NCBI GenBank assembly: GCA_965223415.1
Contig: OZ245002.1
Span: 3,488,001 to 3,552,000, forward strand
Source: Myxococcota bacterium
Lineage (GTDB): Bacteria; Myxococcota_A; UBA9160; UBA6930
Direction: 5' to 3'
Length of the DNA stretch: 64,000 nt
Below, piece after piece: positions 9,762 to 19,759 of this stretch. The notes under the pieces are model-generated. The model did not search any database and had not been told where the DNA came from. It was given only the letters and a program-made list of their open reading frames with translations. Position 1 is the first letter of the stretch; every line of letters begins with the position of its first letter. Made by a program: the position numbers and the translations under genes.

Positions 9762-10516
9762 AGCCCGCCCTGCTGATCCCCGTTCACCAGCACGCGGAGC
9801 CCCTGGCCGCGGTGCTCGACGGGCTGGCCGGCTACGGCCTGCCCTGCTTCGTCATCGACGACGGCAGCGACGCGGCGAACCGTGAGCGCATGCAGGAGCT
9901 GGCCCGCAGTCACGACTTCGTCGAGCTGCACCACCGGGCCCACAACGGCGGCAAGGGGCTGGTGCTGCGCAGCGGCTTCCGGCTCGCGGCCCATCGCGGC
10001 TACAGCCACGTGATCCACCTGGACGCGGACGGCCAGCACGCGCCGGCGGACGTGCCGCGTTTCCTCGAAGCCATGTCCACCCATCCGGACGCGCTGGTGC
10101 TCGGCGCGCCGCGCTTCGACGCCTCGGTGCCGAGAGCGCGGCTCGCGAGCCGTCAGCTCTCCCGCTTCTTCGTGTGGCTGGCCACGCTCTCCTTCGCCGT
10201 CGAGGACCCCCTGGTGGGCTTCCGCGGCGTTCCCCTGGAGCCGACCCTCTCGCTCCTCGACCGGGTGCGCACCGGTGACCACATGGAGTTCGAGCCGGAG
10301 CTCGCCGTGCGCCTGGTGTGGGAGGGCGTGCCGGTGGTGAACCTGCCGACGCCCATCGTCTACCCGGAAGGCGGCCATTCGAACTTCGACGTGATCTGGG
10401 ACGACCTGCGGCTCGCCTGGCTCTACACCCGGCTCTGCACGGGCATGCTCCCGCGCACGCCACGGCTCCTGTGGCGGCGGCCCACGGCGCTGCCGCTCCT
10501 GGTCGAGAGCACGTGA
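9758..10516 (+). CDS. Glycosyltransferase family 2 (ApeJ N-terminal-like)
   Basis: IDDGS, NGGKG and LDADGQH motifs. Confidence 0.85.
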   Translation: MKPALLIPVHQHAEPLAAVLDGLAGYGLPCFVIDDGSDAANRERMQELARSHDFVELHHRAHNGGKGLVLRSGFRLAAHRGYSHVIHLDADGQHAPADVPRFLEAMSTHPDALVLGAPRFDASVPRARLASRQLSRFFVWLATLSFAVEDPLVGFRGVPLEPTLSLLDRVRTGDHMEFEPELAVRLVWEGVPVVNLPTPIVYPEGGHSNFDVIWDDLRLAWLYTRLCTGMLPRTPRLLWRRPTALPLLVEST

Positions 10517-11466
10517 GCGCCGCCACCTCGAACCCGCCGGCCTGGGCCCAGGCGGCCGAGTCGGGCTCCCTCCTCGCCATGCGGGTCATGCGCGGCATCT
10601 ACCGCGTGCTCGGTCGTCGGCTCTCCCGAGCGTTGCTCTGGCCGATCGCGCTCTACTTCACCGCGGTGAACGGGGTCTCGCGCCGGGCGCACCGAAGCTA
10701 CCTCTCCCGGCTGCGCGCGACGACGCCCGACGCCACGCTGCCGTCGCCCAGCTTTCGGACCGCGCTGCGTCACACCCACGAGTTCGCGGTGAACCTCTTC
10801 GACCGCATGATCGCGTGGGGTGGCGAGCTCGACGACATCGAGTTCCTGCACCGGGGCTCCGAGCACCTGTTCGCCCTGGCCGAGCGGGGCGAGGGCGCGA
10901 TCCTGCTGGGCTCCCATCTCGGCAGCTTCGACATGATGCGGCTGCTCGCCGGACGGCACGGTCTCGTGGTGAACGTGCTCATGTACACCCGGCACGCGGA
11001 GCAGATCGGGCGCTTCCTCGCCCAGCTCGATCCCGAGCACCCGGTGCGCGTGATCTCCCTGGACCCCTCCTCCACCCGCACCGCCTTCGAGATCCGCCAG
11101 TGCCTCGAGCGCGGCGAGTTCGTGGGCATCCTCGGGGATCGGCTCTGGCCCGCGGACGCCGGGCGCCGGGAGTGGGTTCCCTTCTTCGGGGAGCCGGCGC
11201 CTTTCTCCCTCCGTCCGTTCCTGCTGGCGGGCGTGCTCGGCGCGCCTCTGCTCTTCGCCCTGTGCGTGCGGCGCGGCTCCTCCACCTACGAGGCCGTGGT
11301 CGAGCCCCTGCACGAAGGCGGTCCGGTGCCCCGGCGGGAGCGCGACGCCCGGGCCCGGGAGTGGCTCGCCGCGTACGTGGCGCGGCTCGAGGACGGCTGT
11401 CGCTCCGCGCCCTATCAGTGGTTCAACTTTCACGACACCTGGCAGGAGAAGGGAGGCGCCCGGTGA
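10513..11466 (+). CDS. LpxL/HtrB-like acyltransferase (ApeJ C-terminal-like)
   Basis: GSHLGSFD, ILGDR and C-terminal PYQWFNFHDTW motifs; GTGA overlap. Confidence 0.8.
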   Translation: MSAATSNPPAWAQAAESGSLLAMRVMRGIYRVLGRRLSRALLWPIALYFTAVNGVSRRAHRSYLSRLRATTPDATLPSPSFRTALRHTHEFAVNLFDRMIAWGGELDDIEFLHRGSEHLFALAERGEGAILLGSHLGSFDMMRLLAGRHGLVVNVLMYTRHAEQIGRFLAQLDPEHPVRVISLDPSSTRTAFEIRQCLERGEFVGILGDRLWPADAGRREWVPFFGEPAPFSLRPFLLAGVLGAPLLFALCVRRGSSTYEAVVEPLHEGGPVPRRERDARAREWLAAYVARLEDGCRSAPYQWFNFHDTWQEKGGAR

Positions 11467-11927
11467 GCTTTCCGGCCATCGAGGAGCTGGTGCCCCACGC
11501 AGGCCCGATGTGCCTGCTCGATCGCGTGCTGCGCCACGACGAGGAGGAGACGGCCTGCGCGGTGCGACCCGAGGCGAGTGGCGCCCTGGCTCTGGGGGAC
11601 GGTCGGCTCCCGGCCAGCGTGGCCCTCGAGTGGATGGCCCAGTGCATCGCCGTCGACGGAGGTCTGCGCGCCCGGGCCCACGGCGTGCCTCCGCGCCCCG
11701 GCCTCTTCCTTGGTGCGCGACGGGCTTCGCTCCCGGGGGACGCCTTCGACCCGGACGGCGAGCTGGTCGTCGTCGCGCGCCGGGTGCGCGGCTCCGGGCG
11801 GGGTGCCCATGCCTTCGCCTGCCGGCTCGAGGCGCCCGGCGCCGGAGCGCTGGCCGAAGGCACGCTCCAGGTGATGATCGCCGAGGACCTCGCCTCCCTC
11901 TCCGGCGGGAGCGGCCCGTGGCGTTGA
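11463..11927 (+). CDS. Hotdog-fold dehydratase subunit (ApeP-like)
   Basis: LVPHAGPMCLLD and LEWMAQ motifs. Confidence 0.8.
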   Translation: MSFPAIEELVPHAGPMCLLDRVLRHDEEETACAVRPEASGALALGDGRLPASVALEWMAQCIAVDGGLRARAHGVPPRPGLFLGARRASLPGDAFDPDGELVVVARRVRGSGRGAHAFACRLEAPGAGALAEGTLQVMIAEDLASLSGGSGPWR

Positions 11928-12667
11928 GGCGAAGGCGGGAGGCCGGGGACGCTCCGCGCCGGGTGCTCGTCACCGGCGCCAGTGGCGGCCTCGGTCGCCC
12001 CATCGCCCTGGCCCTCGCGCGGGAGGGCTTCGGCGTCATCGTCCACTACGGCCGCCGGGCCGAGGCGGCAGAGGCGACGGCGGAGGCCTGCGGCGCCGGA
12101 GCGCGGGTGCTCGGCTTCGACGTGGCCGATCGCGACGCCGCCCGCGCCGCACTGGCCACGGAGCTCGAGGAGCACGGCCCCTTCTGGGGCGTCGTCTGCA
12201 GTGCCGGCATCCACGACGATGCGGCCTTCCCCGCCATGGGTGCGGAGGCCTGGGACCGCGTCCTGCGCACGAACCTGGACGCCTTCCACCACGTGGTCCA
12301 GCCCCTCGTGATGCCGATGGTGCGCGCCCGGCGCGGCGGACGGATCGTGACGATCTCGTCGGTGAGCGGCCAGATCGGCAACCGCGGCCAGGTGAACTAC
12401 GCGGCCTCCAAGGCCGGCCTGATCGGGGCCAGCCGCGCCCTCGCCCTCGAGCTGGCTGGTCGCGCCATCACGGTGAACAGCGTGGCGCCGGGCCTGATCG
12501 AGACCGAGATGGTGGACGCGGAACGCGCGGAGGCGCTGCGCGCCCTGATCCCGATGCAGCGCCTCGGGACCGCCGCGGAGGTGGCTGCGGTGGTGGCCTT
12601 TCTCTTCTCCGACGGCGCGGCCTATGTTACGGGCCAGACGATCGGAGTGAACGGAGGCCTCGCGTGA
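11918..12667 (+). CDS. fabG: 3-oxoacyl-ACP reductase (FabG/ApeQ-like)
   Basis: TGASGGLG, NYAASKAG and VNSVAPG SDR motifs; start approximate. Confidence 0.88.
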   Translation: MALRRRREAGDAPRRVLVTGASGGLGRPIALALAREGFGVIVHYGRRAEAAEATAEACGAGARVLGFDVADRDAARAALATELEEHGPFWGVVCSAGIHDDAAFPAMGAEAWDRVLRTNLDAFHHVVQPLVMPMVRARRGGRIVTISSVSGQIGNRGQVNYAASKAGLIGASRALALELAGRAITVNSVAPGLIETEMVDAERAEALRALIPMQRLGTAAEVAAVVAFLFSDGAAYVTGQTIGVNGGLA

Positions 12668-14220
12668 AGCTCGACGTGGCGATCCTCGGCGGCGGCATGG
12701 CAGGAAGTCTGCTCGCGCGCCAGCTCGGCCGCGAGGCGCCGGGCCTCCGGATCGGGCTCTTCGAGAAGAGCACCGAGCCCTCCTACAAGGTCGGCGAGAG
12801 CACCGTCGAGATCGGCAGCTCCTACCTGATCCGCCGCGTCGGCCTCTCGCGCTACCTGTACGAGCAGCACCTGCCGAAGAACGGGCTCCGCTACTTCTTC
12901 GACGACGCGTCCAAGCAGAGCGAGCTGACCGGGATGAGCGAGATCGGCACGGTCAACCTGCCCTTCCATCCCTCCTTCCAGGTCGATCGGGCGCGCCTCG
13001 ACGCGGACCTCCTCGCCATGAACGAGCAGGCGGGCATCCTCGTGCACACGGGCACGCGGGTCGAGGACGTGGAGCCGGGGCAGGGCGGCTCGCCCCACGC
13101 GTTCCGCATCGTCCGCGAAGGGAAGAGCGAGCGGGTCGAGTGCCGCTGGCTCCTCGACGCCAGCGGGCGCGCAGCGCTGCTCTCCCGGGCGCTGGAGCTG
13201 CGGGTCCGGGAGGAGAACCATCCGGTGCTCTCGGTGTGGGGGCGCTTCGAGGGCGTCGCCGACGTGGACGATTGGGGCGATCCGGCGTTCTCCGCCCGCG
13301 TTCGGCACACGGCCCGCGGCATCTCGACGATCCACTTCTGCTACCCGGGCTATTGGATCTGGTTCATCCCGCTCGGCCACGGCCTGACCAGCATCGGCGT
13401 GGTGGGCGATCCGCCCGGCGAGTTCGGCGCCCTGCGCACCGAAGGAGGCTTTCGGGCGTTCCTGGAGTCCCACCGCGCGATCGCCTCGTTGCTCACCCGC
13501 GCGAAGGCGGTGGACGTCGCCGGGCTCAAGAACTTCTCCTACGGGACGCGCCGGTACTTCTCGGCGGATCGCTGGGGCCTGGTCGGGGAGGCGGCGGCCT
13601 TCGCCGATCCCCTCTACAGCCCCGGCGCCGATTTCATCGCCCTCGAGAACGACTTCCTCTGCGATCTCGTGAAGCGCGATCTGGCCGGCGAGCCCGACGC
13701 CGAGCTCGAGCGCCGGGTGGAGCTCTACGACGCCTTCATGGCCTTCCGTCTGGAGGCGGCCATGCGCCTCTACCGCGGGCTCTACGGGCTCCTCGGCAGC
13801 TTCGAGCTGATGCGCATGAAGTGGGACTTCGACATCGGCTGCTACTTCAACCTGTGGGTCGCGCCCTACTTCCTGGACGAGTACCTGGACGAGACCTTCC
13901 TTCGCCGCCAGGTGCGCCAGCAGCGCTTCGTGCTCCAGGCGCTCTCGAACTTCGCGGACCTGTTCCGTGCCGCCGAGGCGCACCTGCGCGAACGGGGCGA
14001 CTACCACCGCTCCAACCAGGGCATCTTCTCCTACGGCCTCGAGAACATCGACTTCATCGAGCAGGTGGGCCTGCCGCGCAGTCAGCGGGAGGTCCTCGAG
14101 AAGACCGCCGAGATCTTCAACGGCGTGCGCCGCCGGGGGCTCGAGCTGCTCGGGCGCGAGGGGGACTCGGACGCCCCCCTTCCGCTGACGAGCATGATGA
14201 CGCCGAACCCGCTCTTCTGA
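12664..14220 (+). CDS. Flavin-dependent halogenase-like oxidoreductase
   Basis: GGGMAG, KVGES, WIWFIP (WxWxIP) and GEAAAFADPLYSPG motifs. Confidence 0.75.
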   Translation: MKLDVAILGGGMAGSLLARQLGREAPGLRIGLFEKSTEPSYKVGESTVEIGSSYLIRRVGLSRYLYEQHLPKNGLRYFFDDASKQSELTGMSEIGTVNLPFHPSFQVDRARLDADLLAMNEQAGILVHTGTRVEDVEPGQGGSPHAFRIVREGKSERVECRWLLDASGRAALLSRALELRVREENHPVLSVWGRFEGVADVDDWGDPAFSARVRHTARGISTIHFCYPGYWIWFIPLGHGLTSIGVVGDPPGEFGALRTEGGFRAFLESHRAIASLLTRAKAVDVAGLKNFSYGTRRYFSADRWGLVGEAAAFADPLYSPGADFIALENDFLCDLVKRDLAGEPDAELERRVELYDAFMAFRLEAAMRLYRGLYGLLGSFELMRMKWDFDIGCYFNLWVAPYFLDEYLDETFLRRQVRQQRFVLQALSNFADLFRAAEAHLRERGDYHRSNQGIFSYGLENIDFIEQVGLPRSQREVLEKTAEIFNGVRRRGLELLGREGDSDAPLPLTSMMTPNPLF

Positions 14221-14233
14221 GACCCGCCCGGCG

Positions 14234-14944
14234 ATGGCCCACCGGCACCCGTTCCGTTCGCCGCCCCCGCCCGCGGTGGGCCTCGCCGTGCTCGGCGTCG
14301 CGCTGGTGGCGGCCTATCCCTTCGCGCTCGAATGGGCGCTCCAACGCTTCGGGCTGCGCCCGGTGGCGATCGCCCTGTTCGCGAGCGGAGCCCTGGGCCT
14401 CGCCTGGCGCTGGCGGGGGATCACGGCTCCGGCGTTGCGGCCGACCCAGCTCGGTATCCTGGCTCTCCTGGCCCTCGCCGCCGTGCAGGAGAGCCGCGCC
14501 CCCCTGCTCCTGGTTCCGGCGGCGATCCAGCTCGGCCTGGCCGGCTACTTCCTCGCGAGCCTCCGGCCCGGGGATTCGGTGGTCGAGCGCATGGCCCATG
14601 TCATGCAGCCCTACCTCCCGGACTGGATCCGCCCCTACTGCCGGATCGTGACCGTCCTCTGGGCCCTCTTCTTCCTCGGCAACGCCGTCGCCATCACGGT
14701 CCTCGCCGCCGACGCGGACCCGCAGCGCTGGCGCAGCTGGACGGGCATCGGCCTCTACGTGACCGCGCTCGCGCTCCAGGCCGTCGAGTCCGTGTTCCGC
14801 AAGTCGTGGTTCCGCGCCTTCGACGAGGGACCGATCGATCGGCTGTTCGCGCGTCTGTTTCCGCCGGAGCGCACGGCCCGGGGACGGCGGTCGATGGAGT
14901 ACATTCGCCGGATGCGAACCGTTCTCGGAATGGAGGAGCCGTGA
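14234..14944 (+). CDS. Membrane protein (ApeG/COG4648-like)
   Basis: Several hydrophobic helices; SVVERMA and YCRIVTVLWALFFLGN segments resemble those of Ape cluster membrane proteins. Confidence 0.65.
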   Translation: MAHRHPFRSPPPPAVGLAVLGVALVAAYPFALEWALQRFGLRPVAIALFASGALGLAWRWRGITAPALRPTQLGILALLALAAVQESRAPLLLVPAAIQLGLAGYFLASLRPGDSVVERMAHVMQPYLPDWIRPYCRIVTVLWALFFLGNAVAITVLAADADPQRWRSWTGIGLYVTALALQAVESVFRKSWFRAFDEGPIDRLFARLFPPERTARGRRSMEYIRRMRTVLGMEEP

Positions 14945-16176
14945 GCGAGCGGCGAGTGGTGGTGACCGGCATGGCCGGCATCTCGCCGATCGGCTCCAGC
15001 TGGGAGGAGGTGCGCCAGGCCCTTCGCGAGGGCCGCTCCGGCGTCGCCCACTGGGACGCGCTGGCGGCGGTGGAGGGCGTGCGAACCCGCCTCGCCGCGC
15101 CCGCTCCGGATCCCGAGCTCACCGGCGCGCCGCGCAAGAAGCTCCGCGGCATGGGCCGCGTCTCCCGCCTTGCCACCTGGGCCACCGGTCGGGCCCTCGA
15201 GGCGGCGGGGCTCGCCGGCGATCCGGTCCTCTCCGACGGCCGCACCGGCCTGGCCTACGGCTCCACCTCGGGCAGCCCCCCCGACATGGTCGATTTCGCG
15301 CGGGCCTTCGGCATCGATCGCCGGGTGAAGGGCGTCGTGCCGGTCCAGTACGTGAAGCTGATGAGCCACACCTGCGCCGCGAACTTGGCCCAGTTCTTCG
15401 AGATCCGCGGCGCCGTGCTGCCCACGCCGAGCGCCTGCACCTCCGGAAGCCAGGCGGTCGGCGCCGGCTACGAGCAGATCCGCTTCGGGCGCCAGGAGCT
15501 GATGGTCTGCGGCGGCGCCGAGGAGCTCCACGAGATCGAGGTCGGCGTCTTCGACCTGATGTTCGCCACGTCCACCCGCAACGACGCGCCCGCCGCGGCC
15601 TGCCGGCCCTTCGATGCCGAGCGGGACGGCCTGGTGGTGGGGGAGGGCGCCGCCACCCTCGTCCTCGAGTCCCTGGAGCACGCCCGGGCCCGGGGCGCCC
15701 CGATCCTCGCCGAGGTGATCGGCTACGGTACCAACTGCGACGGCCTGCACCTGATGGCGCCGGATCCGACGGGCATGGAAGGCGCCATGCAGCGCGCCCT
15801 CGCCGACGCGCGCCTCGACCCGGCCCGCGTCGACTACGTTTGCGCCCACGCCACCGCCACCGAGGCCGGCGATGTCGCCGAGAGCACGGCCACCCGCCGC
15901 GCCTACGGCCGGGCGCTTCCGGTGAGCTCCCTCAAGGGCCACCTCGCCCACACCCTCGGCGCCTGCGGAGCCCTCGAGGCGTGGATCACGATCGGGATGC
16001 TCCGGGAGGGCTGGCTCGCGCCCACCCTGAACCTGGAGCAGGTCGATCCTCGCTGCGCCGAGCTGGACTACGTGGCCGGTGCACCCCGCGAAGCCGCTCC
16101 CGAGATCGTCGCCAGCAACAACTTCGCCTTCGGCGGGATCAACACGTCACTCCTCTTTCGGCGGTTCGAGGTCTAG
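14941..16176 (+). CDS. Beta-ketoacyl-ACP synthase (FabF/ApeR-like)
   Basis: Catalytic Cys in SACTSG, His in HATAT, KGHLAH, and NNFAFGG; GTGA overlap. Confidence 0.9.
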   Translation: MSERRVVVTGMAGISPIGSSWEEVRQALREGRSGVAHWDALAAVEGVRTRLAAPAPDPELTGAPRKKLRGMGRVSRLATWATGRALEAAGLAGDPVLSDGRTGLAYGSTSGSPPDMVDFARAFGIDRRVKGVVPVQYVKLMSHTCAANLAQFFEIRGAVLPTPSACTSGSQAVGAGYEQIRFGRQELMVCGGAEELHEIEVGVFDLMFATSTRNDAPAAACRPFDAERDGLVVGEGAATLVLESLEHARARGAPILAEVIGYGTNCDGLHLMAPDPTGMEGAMQRALADARLDPARVDYVCAHATATEAGDVAESTATRRAYGRALPVSSLKGHLAHTLGACGALEAWITIGMLREGWLAPTLNLEQVDPRCAELDYVAGAPREAAPEIVASNNFAFGGINTSLLFRRFEV

Positions 16177-16216
16177 AATCGAGAGGGGGAGATGGGGCAT
16201 TTCGCCCCATATCTTG

Positions 16217-16230
16217 ATGCGGATCCGCAT
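16217..16230. promoter_or_regulatory. Perfect 14-bp palindrome, possible operator
   Basis: ATGCGGATCCGCAT in the intergenic region upstream of 16313; function not established. Confidence 0.3.
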
Positions 16231-16240
16231 GCCGGAGCGG

Positions 16241-16260
16241 TGCTGAGCTTCCGCTGAAGC
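16241..16260 (+). repeat. 20-bp direct repeat, copy 1
   Basis: TGCTGAGCTTCCGCTGAAGC, 19/20 identical to 19116-19135. Confidence 0.75.
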
Positions 16261-16312
16261 AGCACACGGCGTCATCGCCCACCCTGGTCCTCGGGCCAGG
16301 AAGGGAGACGCC

Positions 16313-17692
16313 ATGACACGACCCATCCACTCCGCAGTAGGGACGGCCATCCTGGCGTGCCTGCTCACCGCCGGATCCGCGATGGCCGCCGTCTTCCAGG
16401 TGACCACGACGTGGGACCTACCGGACGACGCGCCCGGCGACGGCGTCTGTTCCACCCTCGTTCCCATCGGCCCGCCGGTCGGCTTCCCGCCAACACCCCC
16501 GATGGGCTTCCGTTGCACGTTCCGAGGGGCGCTGCAGGAGGCCAATCGGATCCCGGGGGCGGACGAGGTGCTTCTGCCGGCCGCCAGCATGGCGGTGATC
16601 CTGGACGACGACGATCCATTCGCGCTCACCGAGGACGTGGCCATCCGCGGTGCCGGGATCGCGACGACGACGCTCACGCTGTCGGGCACCCGCTCTCTGG
16701 ACGCGGGCCCGGCTGCCCTCGAGCTCAGCGACGTGACCCTCCTGAACTCCGGGACCAACCAAGCCGTCGTGCGAGGATGGCGCGAGGTCACGCTCAGGCG
16801 CGTGGTTGCAAGCGGCTTCTCCCGTCTCGCTCAGACATCCTCTCCTCTGGGCGTCCTGACAGTCGAAGACTCCATGATCGAGGACACCGTCGACGGTCTC
16901 CGGGCGATCGGAGGGCGGTTGGTCGTCGATCGCTCTCGCGTCGAGACCGTCCTGAACGCCTCGGGGGGAGTGGGCGTGGCCATCGCCGGGAGTGCGGTCG
17001 TGCTTCGCGACACAACCGTCGAAGGGGAAGGTGTCGGGGTTTCCGTGACGGTAGGTCCGCCGCCGACGATCTCGATCGAGAGGTCGACCCTTCGCGGGCT
17101 CGCGTGGGCAATCTGGACCTCGACCTCGGTGAGCGTCTCCGAGATCTGGGTGTCGAACTCGACGCTCTCGGGGAATGCTGGAGGCATCGGTGTCGACGAC
17201 GCCGGCGACGTCGTGCTCGAGCACGTCACGCTGACGGGTTCCGGCTACGCGGGATTGGCCGTCGGAAGCCTCGGCGTCGACTCGCTGATCCTCGATCACG
17301 CCATCGTCGCGGGGAACGCGATCGACTGCTTCTTCGCCTTCTACACCGAGGTGGAGTCCCGCTACTCACTCGACGGCGACGGAAGCTGCGGCCTCACGGA
17401 TCTCACCGACCTCCCCGCGACCGATCCAGCGTTGCTGCCTCTTGCCGACAACGGCGGACCCACGTGGACCCACTCGCTGGCCTCGGGGAGTCCGGCGCTC
17501 GATGGAGGAGACACCGCCTGCTCCGTGTCTGTCGACCAGCGCGGCGAGCCGCGGCCCCGAGGCACCGCGTGTGATCTCGGTGCCTTCGAGGGCCCGGCTC
17601 CCTCTGGAGGCCCGGCCTGTGGCCTCGGTGCGGAGCTGGTTCTGGCGCTGCCGCTCCTGACGGCCTGGCGCCGGCGAACCCGCGCGCCGTGA
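16313..17692 (+). CDS. Secreted CSLREA-like / choice-of-anchor-Q beta-helix protein with a C-terminal sorting tail
   Basis: Signal peptide, CTFRGALQEAN, LADNGGPTWTH...DQRG...CDLGAFE, tail CGLGAELVLALPLLTAWRRR. Confidence 0.8.
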   Translation: MTRPIHSAVGTAILACLLTAGSAMAAVFQVTTTWDLPDDAPGDGVCSTLVPIGPPVGFPPTPPMGFRCTFRGALQEANRIPGADEVLLPAASMAVILDDDDPFALTEDVAIRGAGIATTTLTLSGTRSLDAGPAALELSDVTLLNSGTNQAVVRGWREVTLRRVVASGFSRLAQTSSPLGVLTVEDSMIEDTVDGLRAIGGRLVVDRSRVETVLNASGGVGVAIAGSAVVLRDTTVEGEGVGVSVTVGPPPTISIERSTLRGLAWAIWTSTSVSVSEIWVSNSTLSGNAGGIGVDDAGDVVLEHVTLTGSGYAGLAVGSLGVDSLILDHAIVAGNAIDCFFAFYTEVESRYSLDGDGSCGLTDLTDLPATDPALLPLADNGGPTWTHSLASGSPALDGGDTACSVSVDQRGEPRPRGTACDLGAFEGPAPSGGPACGLGAELVLALPLLTAWRRRTRAP

Positions 17693-17908
17693 CCGCGTGG
17701 AGCCGCGGATCGCCGCTGCCGCGATCGTAGGAGGGGCGATCGAGATGCGGCGCTCCCATTGAGTCCTCGCCTCATGTCGCCGCGCCCTGGGATTCGAGAC
17801 GGAGGTCCTCCACGCGAACCCGCTCTCTGCAGGAGGCGCCTCCGTGGCCGCCCGCGGCGACGGAACGGATTGTCGCGCACTCCCGCAGGAGGATGCGGAA
17901 GCTTCGCG

Positions 17909-19115
17909 TCACCTCCTCGGCACGGCGCGGGGCGCGCCGAGCTTCCTGCGCCGACGGAGGGATCCGAGCGCCGGCAGCAGAAGGGCCAGCTCCGGGCCGA
18001 TGCCGCAGGTCGGGCCTCCCCCGCCGGCGGGCTGCCACTCGAAGGCCCCGAGATCGCAGGCCGGCCCCTGTGGCCGCAGCTCTCCTCGCTGGTCGGTCGT
18101 CGGGAGGCATGTCGCGGCGCCGGCGTCGCGGGCCGGGCTTCCGGCGGGCAGTCCGTGGGTCCAGGTCGGTCCCCCGCGATCGGCCAGCGCGAGGAGCTGG
18201 GGGTCTGTCGCCGGAAGGTCCGTGGGATCCGCGAGGCCGCAGGAGCCATCGCTGTCGAGCGAGTGAGTCGAGACGACGATGGCCTGGCCGATCCCGGAGA
18301 AATCGCAATCGGCCGCGGCGCTGCCCGCAAGGATCGTATGGTCCAGATACAGGGTGAGCTGGTCCGCATCGCCACCCACTGCGCTCTGCTGGGACTCCGC
18401 GACCGTGACGTTCTCGAGCCGCACGATCGCGTTCGCATAGAGCTGGATGGCCGCGCCGTTGTTCGAGAAGGTCGAGTTGCGGGCCCAGAGGTCCATCGGA
18501 AGCGTGTTCGAGAGAGACACGCCCTCTCCGCAGTTCAGGACCGTCGTGCCTTCGAGAGCGACGAAGTGCCGGGCGAGAATCGCGCGAGGAGCGTACATCT
18601 CGCAGTCGAGAGTCGAGTCCACAGCGGTCACGTAGTTGCCGAAGACCATCGTGTTCCCGATGTCCCGCACGGTCACCCGATCCAGGTCGACGTTCGTGGT
18701 GCTGATCGCCCAATCGCTCTCGAGGATCTCCGTGTCGGTGGCAAGCACCGAAGATCCGCTCGGGAAACCCGACTCGTGGACGGCGAAGTTCCAATCCCGA
18801 ATGCGCGAGTCCATGACCTCGAGTGAGCCACCGCTCTCCGTCTCGATCGCATGGGTGATCAGCGAGCGGTCACCCTCGAGGGCGAGCGAGCGGATCTCGA
18901 GCGTGCCGCCGTGCAGGTGGTCGAAGCCGTCTCCGCCGGTCACGCGGACGATCGTGGCATCCCTCCCGGTGCCGACGATCTCCACGTCGTCCAGTACGTC
19001 CAGATCACCGATCGCGGCGACGTCGTCGTCGATCCCTGCAGATGGATCGAGGCTCTGGACGTCGAACGTGCCGGTCGGAAGCGACACCACGTCGGCGCCG
19101 GGGGCGAGGGGGATC
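17909..19115 (-). pseudogene. N-terminally truncated choice-of-anchor-Q beta-helix protein (paralog of 16313..17692)
   Basis: Similarity begins at PGADVVSLP; GDLDV, LADRGGPTWTH, CDLGAFE and a CGIGPEL tail are present; no signal peptide, CSLREA segment or credible start before the 19116 repeat. Confidence 0.6.
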
Positions 19116-19135
19116 TGCTGAGGTTCCGCTGAAGC
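19116..19135 (+). repeat. 20-bp direct repeat, copy 2
   Basis: TGCTGAGGTTCCGCTGAAGC. Confidence 0.75.
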
Positions 19136-19192
19136 GACGTGGGCCCGGATTCCCCACGGTGCTCCTCGCGTTCCACCATGGAGGACCCTTCG

Positions 19193-19753
19193 ATGCCTTC
19201 GTCCCTCGGCCGCCTCGCCTCCGCTGCTCTCCTGCTCCTGGCCCTGACGCCTGGCAGCGCGTCTGCCCAGTCCTGGCCCGGCTGGCCGCCCCTCGACCCC
19301 TGCCTCTTCGACCCGCTCCCGGCGACGGGCTGCGAGCTGCCCGACTTTCGCTGGCTCGCACCCGCCACCCAGGTGGTCCCGGCGGGCACGTGGACCTGGA
19401 CCTTCGTGTCCCTCCAGCTCCACAACCGGGGCGGCGCCTCCGGCGCGCCCGCCCAGGCGATCTTCCGCGTGTCCGAAGGGCAGATCGTGGCCATCGTCAG
19501 CTCCCAGCCGACCTCGGCCTGGCCGGATCAGGGCCTCCTCGGCACGAGCCCGCCCGATCCCACCCGGTGGACGAGCACCTTCGCGCCCGGGCTCGCTGCG
19601 GCCGAATCGCTCGACCTGGGCGTCTGGATCCTCTCGGACGCGGGCACGCAGCCGATCCTCACGGCGACGGCCAACGCGGACTTCCACTGGGGAACGACGT
19701 GGCTCCCGGAGGAGATCACCCGCGCGAACAACGCGCTCGTGGTCGGACCCTAG
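19193..19753 (+). CDS. Secreted hypothetical protein (possible CARDB/DUF11-like Ig fold)
   Basis: GGAGG RBS before ATG 19193, signal peptide ending ASA, C-terminal EITRANN. Confidence 0.55.
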   Translation: MPSSLGRLASAALLLLALTPGSASAQSWPGWPPLDPCLFDPLPATGCELPDFRWLAPATQVVPAGTWTWTFVSLQLHNRGGASGAPAQAIFRVSEGQIVAIVSSQPTSAWPDQGLLGTSPPDPTRWTSTFAPGLAAAESLDLGVWILSDAGTQPILTATANADFHWGTTWLPEEITRANNALVVGP

Positions 19754-19759
19754 GCAGCT

